Virus record (IMG/VR): IMGVR_UViG_3300045972_000791
Location: 3,154-67,153 of that record
From: a virus
Direction: 5' to 3' (one strand)
Length of the DNA: 64,000 bases
A program made the translations under genes and the position numbers. A model generated the notes under the pieces. The model saw nothing but the letters and a program-made list of their open reading frames with translations, made no database searches and was not told the origin of the DNA. This document shows, piece by piece, positions 1 through 9,484 of this stretch. Each line of letters opens with the position of its first letter. Within the stretch, counting starts at the first letter, position 1.

Positions 1-224
1 TTAAATACTTTTGTATTAGACATACCATGTGTAGTCATTCTTTCTCTAGTTGCACATCCGCATGAAATAGTTGACTTTGATAAGAGACTTACTTTGTGAA
101 TAATTTTCTCAGTACCACAATCGCATTTACATTTATACACACGATTACGACCCACAAGTCCTCCATCAGAGAGGACTGTGAGTCTACCAAATCGACTTCC
201 AATCATACTATCATTATTTTTCAT
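1..224 (-). CDS. HNH-type homing endonuclease, N-terminal part (runs off window)
   Basis: Not in the ORF track. Manual translation from ATG 224: MKNNDSMIGSRFGRLTV...YKCKCDCGTEK...ISCGC...THGMSNTKVF, the same pattern as the ORFs at 18732, 37643 and 48718. Confidence 0.8.
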   Translation of the reverse strand, partial: MKNNDSMIGSRFGRLTVLSDGGLVGRNRVYKCKCDCGTEKIIHKVSLLSKSTISCGCATRERMTTHGMSNTKVF

Positions 225-243
225 AAATCATATAAACTCCTTT

Positions 244-2604
244 CTATATATCTAGTATCTCACGAGGGTATTCATTTACATTATCCTCCATAAAATCCCT
301 ACGAAGGGCTGGACCGTTTGTTCCGCCACCAAGTAATGCAGTAATCATTTCACCTGCATCATCAAAATCTTCTACTTTTAATTGATGGAGTGTTCTAGTT
401 TCTGGATTAAGCGTTGTATCCCATAATTGTTCATCTGTCATCTCTCCTAATCCTTTAAGATAACCGATGTTGATTCCGTTTTTTGCAAACTTGTTTACTA
501 ATTCTCCAAGTTCATAGAGTGTTGAAACAGATTCACTTTTATCATTGAACTTGATTTTGAATGGAGGCTCACATTCTCCAATCAGTTTAGCTGCATTAAG
601 GAACGCAGCTTGTGTAGACTGGAAGAGATGAACTTCTTTGTCCGTAACCACTGCTGATACAAATCCGAGTCCAGTATCACCAAGAACAGTAGTGCCTCTG
701 ATTTCAGCACTACCCAATCCTCCTGCAATTGCTTTTCTAAGTTCTTTTGCACTCTCAACCTCACTACTCTCAACAATACTTGCTACAAATTCAATAGGTG
801 AACCCATAGCTGAAGAAAGTATGTTTAATTTTTTACTATAGATTTCAATAGACTTGAGAAGTTTGGTGAGGTTAAAATTATTGAATTCACCATTTGCAAT
901 TATATCGCCCTTAGACATGAATCTTTTTGCGATATATGCATTAAGTTTTGCACCATCACGGATATAAGATACTTTATCTTTACCTTCTACAATACGGAAT
1001 AGAGGTGGTGCTGCAAGATACACATGACCATTTTCAATTAGTGGTTTCATATTTCTAAATATAGTTCCCATTAAAAGTATAGCTATGTGAAGTCCATCAA
1101 CATCAGCGTCACTTTCTATAATTATTTTATGATATTTCAATTTTTCAATATCGAAATCAATACCAATACCAGTACCAATTACATTAATAAGATCAGATAT
1201 TTCTTTATTTGCATACATGACATCCACACGAACACCTTCAGTATTGAGAGGTTTACCTTTAAGTGCATAAATCGCTTGAGTATTTTTATCTCTACCATTT
1301 TTTGCTGAACCTCCAGCACTCTCTCCTTCAACCACATGGAGTTCGCAGATTTTCGGATCTTTACTGATACAATCCGTTAATTTTGATATCGAATTAAGAG
1401 AGAACACTCCATCTTTTTGTTTGGCTCTAACTTGTTCTTTAGCCTTTCTAGCTGCAGTCCTTGCAGTAGCAGCGTCAGAAATTTTCTTTGCCAAAATCTT
1501 TGCTTTTGCTGGATTTTGACTAAGCCATAATTGCAGACCATCACTGACGATTCTCTGTGTGATTGTTTGTGCATCTTTATTCCCCAGTTGGCTCTTATGT
1601 TGGCCAGCATATTCGGGATTGGGATGTTTGACACTTATAATACATACTAATCCTTCTCTAGTATCTTCACCAGTAACAGCTGCTGCCTTTGGAAACAGAT
1701 TAGTACACTGTTCAGTCATTAATTTAGATAGAGCGAATCTAAATCCTGATACTGGTGTACCACCTTCACTCATCTTTATTGTATTACAAAAGAGTCGTGA
1801 GGTCTCATCGTAACTATTATTCCAAGTCATAGCTACTTCTACAGATACACCTTTATCTTCACCTGTAAAACGAATGATATCACCAATAATATTCTCTGGT
1901 GAAAGATGTTTTACATAATCTTTAAGACCATCTTTCGAACAATAAGTCTTAGACTTATTTGTAGCCTCATCTTCAATGGTGATCTGAAGACCAGTATTCA
2001 GATATGATCTTTCCTGATACATATGACATATATCTTTAAAATCATATGCACCCATATCCTCACCAAGTACCTCTGAATCAGGTTTGAAAGTAACTATAGT
2101 GCCGTGCTCTTTAGATTTACCTTGTTTAATAACTTCAGTTTTAGGTAATCCCTTTTTAAATGTCTGAGTCCAATAATAACCATCTCTATGAACTTCGACA
2201 TGCAAACGAGCAGAAATTGCATTGACCACAGCGGCACCAACACCGTTGAGGCCAGAAGAAATTTTATAGCTGTCATCGTTTTCATCAAATTTTCCTCCTG
2301 CATGAAGCTCTGTAAATACCATCGTCAGAGCATCATTACCTGTTTCCTTATTAATACCGACAGGTATACCCCTTCCATCGTCAGCTACAGATATTGAACC
2401 ATCTTCGTTCAATGTTATTACTACTTGAGAAGCGTATCCATTTAGTGCTTCATCAATAGAATTATCTGTAACTTCCTTAAGAAGATGAACCAATCCCAGA
2501 TGCCCTATATGCCCTATATACATTGTAGGACGCTTTCTAACGTTGTCAGGGTAATCAAGTTTTTGGATTGAATCCGCCCCGTAAGTAGCTTTTACTTTAG
2601 CCAT
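244..2604 (-). CDS. gyrB: Type IIA topoisomerase / DNA gyrase subunit B
   Basis: VRKRPTMYIG, EVTDNSIDE, DDGRGIP, LHAGGKF, SSGLNGVGAAVVNA (GHKL ATPase); VEGESAGGS, LKGKPLN, DADVDGLHI (TOPRIM); KGLGEM. Confidence 0.95.
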   Translation of the reverse strand: MAKVKATYGADSIQKLDYPDNVRKRPTMYIGHIGHLGLVHLLKEVTDNSIDEALNGYASQVVITLNEDGSISVADDGRGIPVGINKETGNDALTMVFTELHAGGKFDENDDSYKISSGLNGVGAAVVNAISARLHVEVHRDGYYWTQTFKKGLPKTEVIKQGKSKEHGTIVTFKPDSEVLGEDMGAYDFKDICHMYQERSYLNTGLQITIEDEATNKSKTYCSKDGLKDYVKHLSPENIIGDIIRFTGEDKGVSVEVAMTWNNSYDETSRLFCNTIKMSEGGTPVSGFRFALSKLMTEQCTNLFPKAAAVTGEDTREGLVCIISVKHPNPEYAGQHKSQLGNKDAQTITQRIVSDGLQLWLSQNPAKAKILAKKISDAATARTAARKAKEQVRAKQKDGVFSLNSISKLTDCISKDPKICELHVVEGESAGGSAKNGRDKNTQAIYALKGKPLNTEGVRVDVMYANKEISDLINVIGTGIGIDFDIEKLKYHKIIIESDADVDGLHIAILLMGTIFRNMKPLIENGHVYLAAPPLFRIVEGKDKVSYIRDGAKLNAYIAKRFMSKGDIIANGEFNNFNLTKLLKSIEIYSKKLNILSSAMGSPIEFVASIVESSEVESAKELRKAIAGGLGSAEIRGTTVLGDTGLGFVSAVVTDKEVHLFQSTQAAFLNAAKLIGECEPPFKIKFNDKSESVSTLYELGELVNKFAKNGINIGYLKGLGEMTDEQLWDTTLNPETRTLHQLKVEDFDDAGEMITALLGGGTNGPALRRDFMEDNVNEYPREILDI

Positions 2605-2664
2605 TATAGCTCCTTTTACTTCATATATTTATCGTTTGTTCTTTATTCTTTAAAACTTAAAAGT

Positions 2665-3111
2665 CTATCCGTAATAATATATTGGCTCGTCTGACATCTG
2701 GATATGTTCTGTATTAGTGCTTCTTATTTCTTTTGAATATAATTTACTATCAATACCTTCAAGAAACTCATTATTATCTATGATATCTTTAATCACATTC
2801 ATAATTGCATTAATAACTACTATTTTATCACTTCCCTGATATGTATAAAAATATAGTGTTGAATTATCATTGCTAACTTCATATTCAAATAATACTTTGA
2901 ATTTATCTTTAGTGTACGTTCTCTTCCAAAACCATATACCTTTTTGAATTTTATCTGTCTCTACGGGATTACAGTTATACACTTGATATCTATTCGTTCT
3001 ACTACTACTAATTTCACATTCAGGATATAATCTTTGTATTGCCTGTTTTATTATATCCTTTAGTGCATATACGCTTAGCGTAGGCTGTCTCTGTTCTGTA
3101 ATAAGTGTCAT
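2665..3111 (-). CDS. Hypothetical protein
   Basis: 148-aa ORF in a tightly packed minus-strand run, start overlapping the upstream stop. Confidence 0.7.
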   Translation of the reverse strand: MTLITEQRQPTLSVYALKDIIKQAIQRLYPECEISSSRTNRYQVYNCNPVETDKIQKGIWFWKRTYTKDKFKVLFEYEVSNDNSTLYFYTYQGSDKIVVINAIMNVIKDIIDNNEFLEGIDSKLYSKEIRSTNTEHIQMSDEPIYYYG

Positions 3112-3287
3112 ATTTTAATACTCCTTTCTTCTCCTGTAGATAGGTCAATAAGTTCTACTTTTCGTTCAGACAATCCATTATTAAAGGACACAATATCTAC
3201 TTTATCCACAAAATCAATAGCCTTGATTCTTGCCATTCCGTCATTCTTTACTTCAAATTCGATTGTGTACGTTAGTCTACACTTCAT
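3108..3287 (-). CDS. Hypothetical protein
   Basis: Start re-assigned to ATG 3287 behind AAGGAG. Confidence 0.6.
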   Translation of the reverse strand: MKCRLTYTIEFEVKNDGMARIKAIDFVDKVDIVSFNNGLSERKVELIDLSTGEERSIKI

Positions 3288-3298
3288 AATATTCTCCT

Positions 3299-3655
3299 TT
3301 AGTCTGATGGATCCCATGAGTTCATAGGCGTATTTTTATGTAATTTAATTATATGACATTTATACTTATCAACTTCCTTACTACCATATCGTGGTGCTAC
3401 TTTACAATCAATCGATCCTTTGTAAATAGTCCTACCGTTAACTTCGTGAGTTTCAGAATAAATCCTTCCCATAATTGCTACTTTACAAAGGACATAGTCA
3501 CCTTCAGTTTTATTTGTTGGAATAACATGACAATCCCTATACCACTTTCTATTGCGAAGCATAGGGTTATACTTCTTTTTATTCCACTCCCTTGTGAATG
3601 CAACTACTATACCAATAGGTATCTGATGTAACTTTCTTCTCTCCCAACATCCCAT
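3299..3655 (-). CDS. Hypothetical protein
   Basis: Start re-assigned to ATG 3655 behind AAGGAG and an early-type promoter motif. Confidence 0.65.
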   Translation of the reverse strand: MGCWERRKLHQIPIGIVVAFTREWNKKKYNPMLRNRKWYRDCHVIPTNKTEGDYVLCKVAIMGRIYSETHEVNGRTIYKGSIDCKVAPRYGSKEVDKYKCHIIKLHKNTPMNSWDPSD

Positions 3656-3689
3656 AAGAGTCTCCTTTAATTTATTTAGTAATCTAAAG

Positions 3690-3699
3690 TATAATATGT
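3690..3699 (-). promoter_or_regulatory. Early-type promoter motif ACATATTATA
   Basis: Identical 10-mer also at 6269-6278 and 49599-49608; resembles AR9/phiKZ early TATATTA motif. Confidence 0.55.
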
Positions 3700-3704
3700 G
3701 TATG

Positions 3705-3735
3705 AAAAAAGAAGGGGATTTCACCCTTCTTTTTT
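3705..3735. terminator. Intrinsic terminator
   Basis: A6-GAAGGG...CCCTTC-T6. Confidence 0.75.
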
Positions 3736-3781
3736 ACTTATGAGAGTACTACTTTTACTACAGTTATGTAATAACTTATTT

Positions 3782-4021
3782 TCACGAAATCTTCCTCTTA
3801 AATATGATTACTTTAGAAGTAATACCTTTAGTAAATGGGTTATCGCATCTCACATACCATATTGCACCATTTGAATCTCTCACTATAAAATCATTACTAT
3901 GAGAAGGTACAAATACAATATCTGAATTAGGAAATGCATCATTCACACCTTCTGCTTTATATGTTGTTGAACATCCAAGCATTCCTAATATTAATAGCAA
4001 AAGTATAATTACAGTTTTCAT
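3782..4021 (-). CDS. Putative lipoprotein
   Basis: MKTVIILLLLILGMLGC: signal peptide II with lipobox Cys. Confidence 0.7.
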   Translation of the reverse strand: MKTVIILLLLILGMLGCSTTYKAEGVNDAFPNSDIVFVPSHSNDFIVRDSNGAIWYVRCDNPFTKGITSKVIIFKRKIS

Positions 4022-4022
4022 T

Positions 4023-4394
4023 TTAATCCTTCCAATAGTATGGTGGTGGAACTTCTCTAAAATCACTAAATGTCTGAAATGAATTACTTTGAGTAATCAA
4101 AAATCCCTCTGGCACTTTAGCTCCTAATCTCATCTCATTACAATATAAACCAGTTAGTTCATCCTTACCATTAACTGTCTTACCTACAACCATCCACATT
4201 CTTCCATCTTGAATGATTATATCGCCAAATCCTCTTTCTTTAATAATTTTAGCATTAGCATCTTTCCATCTCTGAAAATCTTTATTCTGCTTTTCCTGTC
4301 TCTTATCACTATGAACAAAACCAAGTATAAGTATTACTATAAATAATAATATTAATGATAACATCATTGGCTTGAATAGATCTAACTTATGCAT
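4023..4394 (-). CDS. Membrane-anchored hypothetical protein
   Basis: N-terminal hydrophobic helix LSLILLFIVILILGF. Confidence 0.65.
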   Translation of the reverse strand: MHKLDLFKPMMLSLILLFIVILILGFVHSDKRQEKQNKDFQRWKDANAKIIKERGFGDIIIQDGRMWMVVGKTVNGKDELTGLYCNEMRLGAKVPEGFLITQSNSFQTFSDFREVPPPYYWKD

Positions 4395-4396
4395 TT

Positions 4397-5251
4397 TTAC
4401 TCCTGTACAATAGATGGATGAAGTAACATACCACTTTTTGAAACGTCGCTATACTCTACAATGATCTTTAATTCAACTTTCTTCCAGATAATATCTTCTT
4501 TATTATACTTTTTACCATCCGGAAATGAAGGTATAAGACTATATATACTCTTTCGAGTATCATCATTTAGCCCACCTGTACCCACTTTACCTACATAACT
4601 ACCAAATTCATCAGTAATAGCAAAGGATGCAAGATAATTAGATTCGACTCTAAATCCAACTATATTACAAGTCTTCTTTGTCCTCACCCTCACTTTGATC
4701 CATCTCTCGTCCCGAGTGCCATTGGAGTATATAGACTCCCTCTGCTTTCCCACAATACCTTCCATACCCTGCTTCTTGGCTCGTTCGAATAACTCGTTCG
4801 AATCCAAGTGGCTCTTTGGGGTGAAAGCCATCTCGTTGCTTAGGATATTCAGTCTCTCTTTTAGGGGGAATTTTCTTATGTCTTTCCCCTTGAATATCAA
4901 TATATCGAAGGGTATGAACGTAGCCGGCCTTGTCTCTGCCCATATCTTCGCCTTATTTCCTTTCACCCCTATTCTATTTTGAATAAGGGAAAATTGGTCT
5001 TTCATATTCTCATCTAGTACAATTAACTCTGAATCAACAAGAGAGTTTTTTGGTAAGTACATTCCATTAACTTCAGGAAATGATTCAGTAAGTCCACTAA
5101 CCCCTCTACCAAAAATCTCTCTTTTGTTATCTAATGATGATACTCCACCTCTAACCCCATTGTATTTATAAAACCAAAGATATCTATCATCTATGAATGG
5201 TTCTCTCTTTAGTAATAATAACATCGGATCATAGATAAAACTACTCACCAT
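4397..5251 (-). CDS. ATP-dependent DNA ligase (LigD/LigC-like ligase core)
   Basis: Motif I KYNGVR, VDSEL, FDIL...PLKERL, EGIVGK...S.Y..G.R...WIKV, OB-fold YVGKVGTG...LLHP. Confidence 0.88.
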   Translation of the reverse strand: MVSSFIYDPMLLLLKREPFIDDRYLWFYKYNGVRGGVSSLDNKREIFGRGVSGLTESFPEVNGMYLPKNSLVDSELIVLDENMKDQFSLIQNRIGVKGNKAKIWAETRPATFIPFDILIFKGKDIRKFPLKERLNILSNEMAFTPKSHLDSNELFERAKKQGMEGIVGKQRESIYSNGTRDERWIKVRVRTKKTCNIVGFRVESNYLASFAITDEFGSYVGKVGTGGLNDDTRKSIYSLIPSFPDGKKYNKEDIIWKKVELKIIVEYSDVSKSGMLLHPSIVQE

Positions 5252-5486
5252 ATTCTACCTTCAGATAGTTCTTACCAAATTCTGCACGAATTTCATTAAG
5301 CATTTCAGGTATACTTTCTTCAGGAACGTCTCCACTAATATCTCTAACCATTGTAGTAAGATCAGTTCCAGCTCCATGTTCTTCAAATAAATATTTATCT
5401 GCAATAGGTCTAAATTTTTTATCAACACCAATAATTCCAAGATTCTGATCCAACTGAAAGTAGATATAAATATTTTTATTAGCCAT
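5241..5486 (-). CDS. Hypothetical protein
   Basis: Probable start ATG 5486, overlapping the upstream stop. Confidence 0.55.
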   Translation of the reverse strand: MANKNIYIYFQLDQNLGIIGVDKKFRPIADKYLFEEHGAGTDLTTMVRDISGDVPEESIPEMLNEIRAEFGKNYLKVEYGE

Positions 5487-5938
5487 TAGATTATCCCTTT
5501 GTCTGTGCAAGTTTTACATGCACAGACACCTTTACCGCTATTAGGTGTAACGTACATAGGTTGGATAGATTCACATCGATCACACCATGCATCAACACCA
5601 GTTATACGATTGATTTTTATTTTACTATTTACATATTTACTGCATCCCGTTGCATGATTACCTTTTACTGTACTACCACATTCATCACACATTTTATACA
5701 TTCTCAAGTACCTCCAATGAGTTACCTTTTGATCTTCAGGCATTCCACCAGATTTAGATAACTCTTTACCAAATCCCTTGATATGAGTAAAGCTTATTTC
5801 ACTACAGTAGAACCACCCATTCGAATGGTAATATCCAACATAGTCTAAACCATTAATTTTAAACAAAACTACATCTGATACTAGGTTATCTATTTTAGTT
5901 ACTTCAGGCAACCCACTTTTTACTGATTGAAATTCCAT
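5486..5938 (-). CDS. Hypothetical protein (DUF551-like N-terminus, Cys-rich C-terminus)
   Basis: SVK.GLP...VTHWR pattern followed by CxxC pairs. Confidence 0.6.
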   Translation of the reverse strand: MEFQSVKSGLPEVTKIDNLVSDVVLFKINGLDYVGYYHSNGWFYCSEISFTHIKGFGKELSKSGGMPEDQKVTHWRYLRMYKMCDECGSTVKGNHATGCSKYVNSKIKINRITGVDAWCDRCESIQPMYVTPNSGKGVCACKTCTDKGII

Positions 5939-6234
5939 TACTTTTCTCCTTTCATTTTTGCTATATAATTTTTATAGCTTTGAACATAAACATATATAAT
6001 TCCTAGATTTGTCATATATGCTACACTAATAACTACATAACTTTTATTCTCATCAAAACTAACTACTTCTCCTGATCGTGGAATAATAACGTGCATTCCT
6101 TTTGATATATCATGAGTTAACAGTGTTATATTTTCATCTTCATAATCTAAATCCAACATCCTCGTAACTTTGTTGAGTTCATCGATATCAACATCCACAT
6201 AATTGATCTCTGTATAATTCTGATAAAGTTTCAT
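5938..6234 (-). CDS. Hypothetical protein
   Basis: GGAGG Shine-Dalgarno and early-type promoter motif upstream. Confidence 0.65.
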   Translation of the reverse strand: MKLYQNYTEINYVDVDIDELNKVTRMLDLDYEDENITLLTHDISKGMHVIIPRSGEVVSFDENKSYVVISVAYMTNLGIIYVYVQSYKNYIAKMKGEK

Positions 6235-6268
6235 TTTTATCCTCCCGATATTTAATTAATTACTCAAT

Positions 6269-6278
6269 TATAATATGT
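6269..6278 (-). promoter_or_regulatory. Early-type promoter motif ACATATTATA
   Basis: Just downstream of a terminator, upstream of 6234. Confidence 0.55.
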
Positions 6279-6282
6279 ATAT

Positions 6283-6322
6283 AAAAAAAGAATGGGAGTT
6301 ACCCCATTCTCTTTTTTTTTTT
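6283..6322. terminator. Intrinsic terminator after ku
   Basis: A7-GAATGGG...CCCATTC-T-tract. Confidence 0.75.
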
Positions 6323-6328
6323 ATATGA

Positions 6329-7129
6329 TTAATCCACACTCCCCATCAAAGCAGCTAAGAGGTCATTAGGGTCACTCTTCTTAGCACTAGCTTTAGGTGC
6401 TTTAAGAGCTTTACCTGCAACTCTAGCTTGGATTCCTTCTAACAGAAGTTCTTCATACTCATCAGTGAAGTCTTCTGCAGAGAACTCTTTATAAGTCTTA
6501 GATGCTATGATTTTCTTCATAACACCCATCATCTGTGATTCAACTTCAGTAGTTATATCTTCAAAGAATGGAGTTGAATCTTTGATAAGACCAATACGAT
6601 TAAGAGTCCATAGAACGATACCGCCTTCTTGTGGTACGAGAGCAACTACTTGCTCTTTTCTTGTCATTACATACTTCCCAAAACCAAACATTTCAGTTTC
6701 TTCAAGTGCAGCAAGAAGGAGTTCATAAGCAGTCTTTCCTTCTGGTTCAGGTACTACAAAATATGGAACACCTAAAATCATACCATCAAGAAGTTCAAGA
6801 CTAAAGAACTTTGTTATATTGATAGACTTATCAACATCTGGACAGATTGAGTCGAGGAATTCCTCTTCAATGAGAGTCCACTTCTCAGGACTCCCTTCAA
6901 ATCCCTTTAGAGATTTGCTACGGTCAACAGTACCGTGAGTAGGACATTTGTACTCTTGTTTCAATTTATCATGGCAGTCAGGACAGATCATATTAAGAGC
7001 GACCTTTTCTGACTCCTTTGACGTTACAGCACGGTATCCTTTCACCGGAATGGTTAACATTCCTAGTGAAATGAATCCACTGAAAGAACTGCGACCTAAT
7101 GATTTTTTCTTTTTAGCAGGTTTAGCCAT
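6329..7129 (-). CDS. ku: Ku DNA end-binding protein (NHEJ)
   Basis: RS.FSGFISLGMLTIPVK.Y.A, KGFE, PYFVVPE...AYELLLAALEET, FTDEY...L...I..R, DLLAAL..S: bacterial Ku pattern along its whole length. Confidence 0.92.
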   Translation of the reverse strand: MAKPAKKKKSLGRSSFSGFISLGMLTIPVKGYRAVTSKESEKVALNMICPDCHDKLKQEYKCPTHGTVDRSKSLKGFEGSPEKWTLIEEEFLDSICPDVDKSINITKFFSLELLDGMILGVPYFVVPEPEGKTAYELLLAALEETEMFGFGKYVMTRKEQVVALVPQEGGIVLWTLNRIGLIKDSTPFFEDITTEVESQMMGVMKKIIASKTYKEFSAEDFTDEYEELLLEGIQARVAGKALKAPKASAKKSDPNDLLAALMGSVD

Positions 7130-7340
7130 GTACTTCCTCCTCTGTTATAATTTCGTTCCATATAATAGCTATGGATTCAAAGACATGTCCTGTATTTCCT
7201 TTTAATGCTTCTTGTAGAGGATCTTCAAATGGACCATGAAGTGTATCAAATTGTATCTCTTCTTCACGATACTTATCTTCAACAAGTTTTTTTAGTGCAT
7301 CATATTGCTTTGTATTTAGTGCAGTCATATTAATCTCCAT
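7122..7340 (-). CDS. Hypothetical protein
   Basis: Small ORF overlapping both neighbours in the operon. Confidence 0.55.
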   Translation of the reverse strand: MEINMTALNTKQYDALKKLVEDKYREEEIQFDTLHGPFEDPLQEALKGNTGHVFESIAIIWNEIITEEEVHG

Positions 7341-7749
7341 AAATTATATGAGGATGACCATCTTCAAAAGCTCTTAAAGCTAAGTCTACACTAGAACTTT
7401 TGATATTGACTGCTTCTGAAGGTTTCATGATATCCCAGTGGATTGGACCTTCAGCGTTGTAATACATGTTTTCAATCTCAGTATCAAAATTATCTGCTTC
7501 AATGATATGGACATGTCCTTCATATCTTACACAGTCGCAATCCATACCACCCTCTACAATTGCAATCTTTCCTTCCTCACTACACTCTATAACTCTCTTC
7601 TTATTGTACAGCATGTCTTGGATTTCGTCATGTAGTCTTTCAATTTTTGGTGCGTGTAATTTATTCAAAAACTTAAGGTACTTTGTTTCAGATACAGATT
7701 TCTTTAAAACTTTTTTCATGTCTGTGTAACTAGCCATCGTATCCTCCAA
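7330..7749 (-). CDS. Hypothetical phage protein
   Basis: 139-aa ORF with GGMDCDC...AEGP...AFEDGHPH, in operon. Confidence 0.65.
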   Translation of the reverse strand: MEDTMASYTDMKKVLKKSVSETKYLKFLNKLHAPKIERLHDEIQDMLYNKKRVIECSEEGKIAIVEGGMDCDCVRYEGHVHIIEADNFDTEIENMYYNAEGPIHWDIMKPSEAVNIKSSSVDLALRAFEDGHPHIIYGD

Positions 7750-8248
7750 ATAATTGAGCTGTAGTTCCAGCTTTTTCTCTTAGTGCATTTAGTGAAATAT
7801 CAAAACGAGTGACATCTAATCCTTTTCTACGAAGATAACCCATATTGTCTTCACTATCGTCATACCGTTCAATGTATACGACTCTGATAATTTTTGTTTC
7901 TTCAGCAATTAAATCTGTACATCTTCTGCATGGTGAATGAGTGACATACAAAGTAGCGTCATTTGTGGGAAGACCGTAGTCTCTACAGAATTTAATTGCA
8001 TTAGCCTCTGCATGAATCTCATTCGCTAAAGACCAATTATGGTGATCAGGATATAGTAATTCTCCCGACTCCATTAGATCTTTACAATGAGGTTTACCTT
8101 TAGCCGTACCATTTCTACCTGTAGAAAGGATACGATCATTTCTTACAAGAACACTTCCAACTTGGTGTCTTGCACATGTGGACAATTCAGATACAATCAT
8201 TGCAATTCTTAGATTGATCTGGTCTTTTAATATCTGTCTTTCATTCAT
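7730..8248 (-). CDS. dCMP deaminase
   Basis: STC.R.QVG.V.V....I.STG.NG, HAEANAI, TLYVTHSPC..C zinc-binding motifs. Confidence 0.92.
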   Translation of the reverse strand: MNERQILKDQINLRIAMIVSELSTCARHQVGSVLVRNDRILSTGRNGTAKGKPHCKDLMESGELLYPDHHNWSLANEIHAEANAIKFCRDYGLPTNDATLYVTHSPCRRCTDLIAEETKIIRVVYIERYDDSEDNMGYLRRKGLDVTRFDISLNALREKAGTTAQLFGGYDG

Positions 8249-8667
8249 ATCGGTCGCCTAATTTGAGACATTTGATTTTGAATATTTGTCTGCAACTGCA
8301 TTATCTGTGAATTAAAAATCATGTCCATTGACCTGATCATTGCTCCACTCATTCCCATACTAATAACTTCTTTTACAGCAATCATTACTTCTTCTGGATG
8401 TTCATCAACATACTCTTTAACTACCTTATTAACTGTAGGCTGAACACATTCTTTAAGAATTTCTTCTAAAAGAGTTGGTCCGTCTATTGTTTTGTAATAG
8501 TCTCTTGGATCTTTAATTCTACTCCTTGTAAAGAATACATCCTGCATTCCTTTATCAACTAGCTTCTTGATATCTTCATCAGATAATAAATCTCCAATAC
8601 TATCCTTAATCCTATCTTTCATCTTCTGTTCAAATGTCTTACTCTCTGCTGGTAAATTTTCACTCAT
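8245..8667 (-). CDS. Hypothetical protein
   Basis: 140-aa ORF with ATGA overlaps. Confidence 0.65.
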   Translation of the reverse strand: MSENLPAESKTFEQKMKDRIKDSIGDLLSDEDIKKLVDKGMQDVFFTRSRIKDPRDYYKTIDGPTLLEEILKECVQPTVNKVVKEYVDEHPEEVMIAVKEVISMGMSGAMIRSMDMIFNSQIMQLQTNIQNQMSQIRRPI

Positions 8668-9173
8668 AACTTTCTCCCTTTCTTTTCAATTATACTTCTT
8701 AGACTGATTGGTGCATACAAATGTTCCATAAATATTAGATGATGTTTTAAAGTTCCACCTCCTGTGTGCCTAGCATTAATATTATTATGGAGATGACCAT
8801 GGATATTTAAATCATAATCTCCATCTATTGCTGGACGATGAGTCATAAGAACTCTCTTACCAAATATATTAAGTAATATTTCGTCACCTACAAAATCCCA
8901 TCCATGCTCAAGATACCATGATGAACTTTTCTTATCATGGTTTCCTCTTACTAACCACATTTTACCTTTACATGATTCTCTTAATCGAAGATTCCAATAC
9001 TCATCCTTATAAAATGCTACATCTCCAAAGTGTATTAATACGTCATTAGGCATGACTGTTTTAGTTATTTTGCTGAGTGTAGTCTCTTCGAATCCAATAG
9101 GTCGTCCTCCATATTCTTCTGTATGAAGGAGATTGTGTCCTAAATGAGTATCTGCAACACCCCAATAATTCAT
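8664..9173 (-). CDS. Calcineurin-like metallophosphoesterase
   Basis: DTHLGH, GD, GNHD, HGHLH motifs. Confidence 0.9.
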   Translation of the reverse strand: MNYWGVADTHLGHNLLHTEEYGGRPIGFEETTLSKITKTVMPNDVLIHFGDVAFYKDEYWNLRLRESCKGKMWLVRGNHDKKSSSWYLEHGWDFVGDEILLNIFGKRVLMTHRPAIDGDYDLNIHGHLHNNINARHTGGGTLKHHLIFMEHLYAPISLRSIIEKKGRKL

Positions 9174-9197
9174 GCATAACCTCCTTATAGAATTAAT

Positions 9198-9209
9198 AAC
9201 AACTTATTA
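9198..9209 (+). promoter_or_regulatory. Late-type promoter AACA-N6-YR
   Basis: AACA ACTTAT TA upstream of 9251. Confidence 0.65.
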
Positions 9210-9250
9210 ATAATATCTATTTAAAATAAGAGAAGATATAAGGAGTTATT

Positions 9251-9475
9251 ATGTTTCAGTGGGTATATAAGTTATTCAACAAAGAAGTAAATAAAATCAA
9301 AGAGGAACTTGATGAGGCCGATAGAGAACTAATTCGAGTTGTAGATGATGTTGTAGAGACTCTTATTAAACTAAACATTGTCAAAGAAGAAGATCTACCT
9401 GAGAATGCTGTTAAAAAACTCAATAGTCGAAGGGATCTTAGAAAAAAATTAATGAGCGAGCTTAATAAAAAGTAG
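9251..9475 (+). CDS. Hypothetical protein
   Basis: AAGGAG Shine-Dalgarno and AACA-N6-TA promoter motif upstream. Confidence 0.7.
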   Translation: MFQWVYKLFNKEVNKIKEELDEADRELIRVVDDVVETLIKLNIVKEEDLPENAVKKLNSRRDLRKKLMSELNKK

Positions 9476-9484
9476 GAGGCTCTA

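Noticed and set aside
96-293. Plus-strand 65-aa ORF
   Set aside because: Antisense to the HNH gene fragment and the gyrB end.
244-1000. Intein in GyrB
   Set aside because: The insertion lacks N-terminal Cys/Ser and HN-C/S/T splice motifs and matches the position of the natural GyrB insertion.
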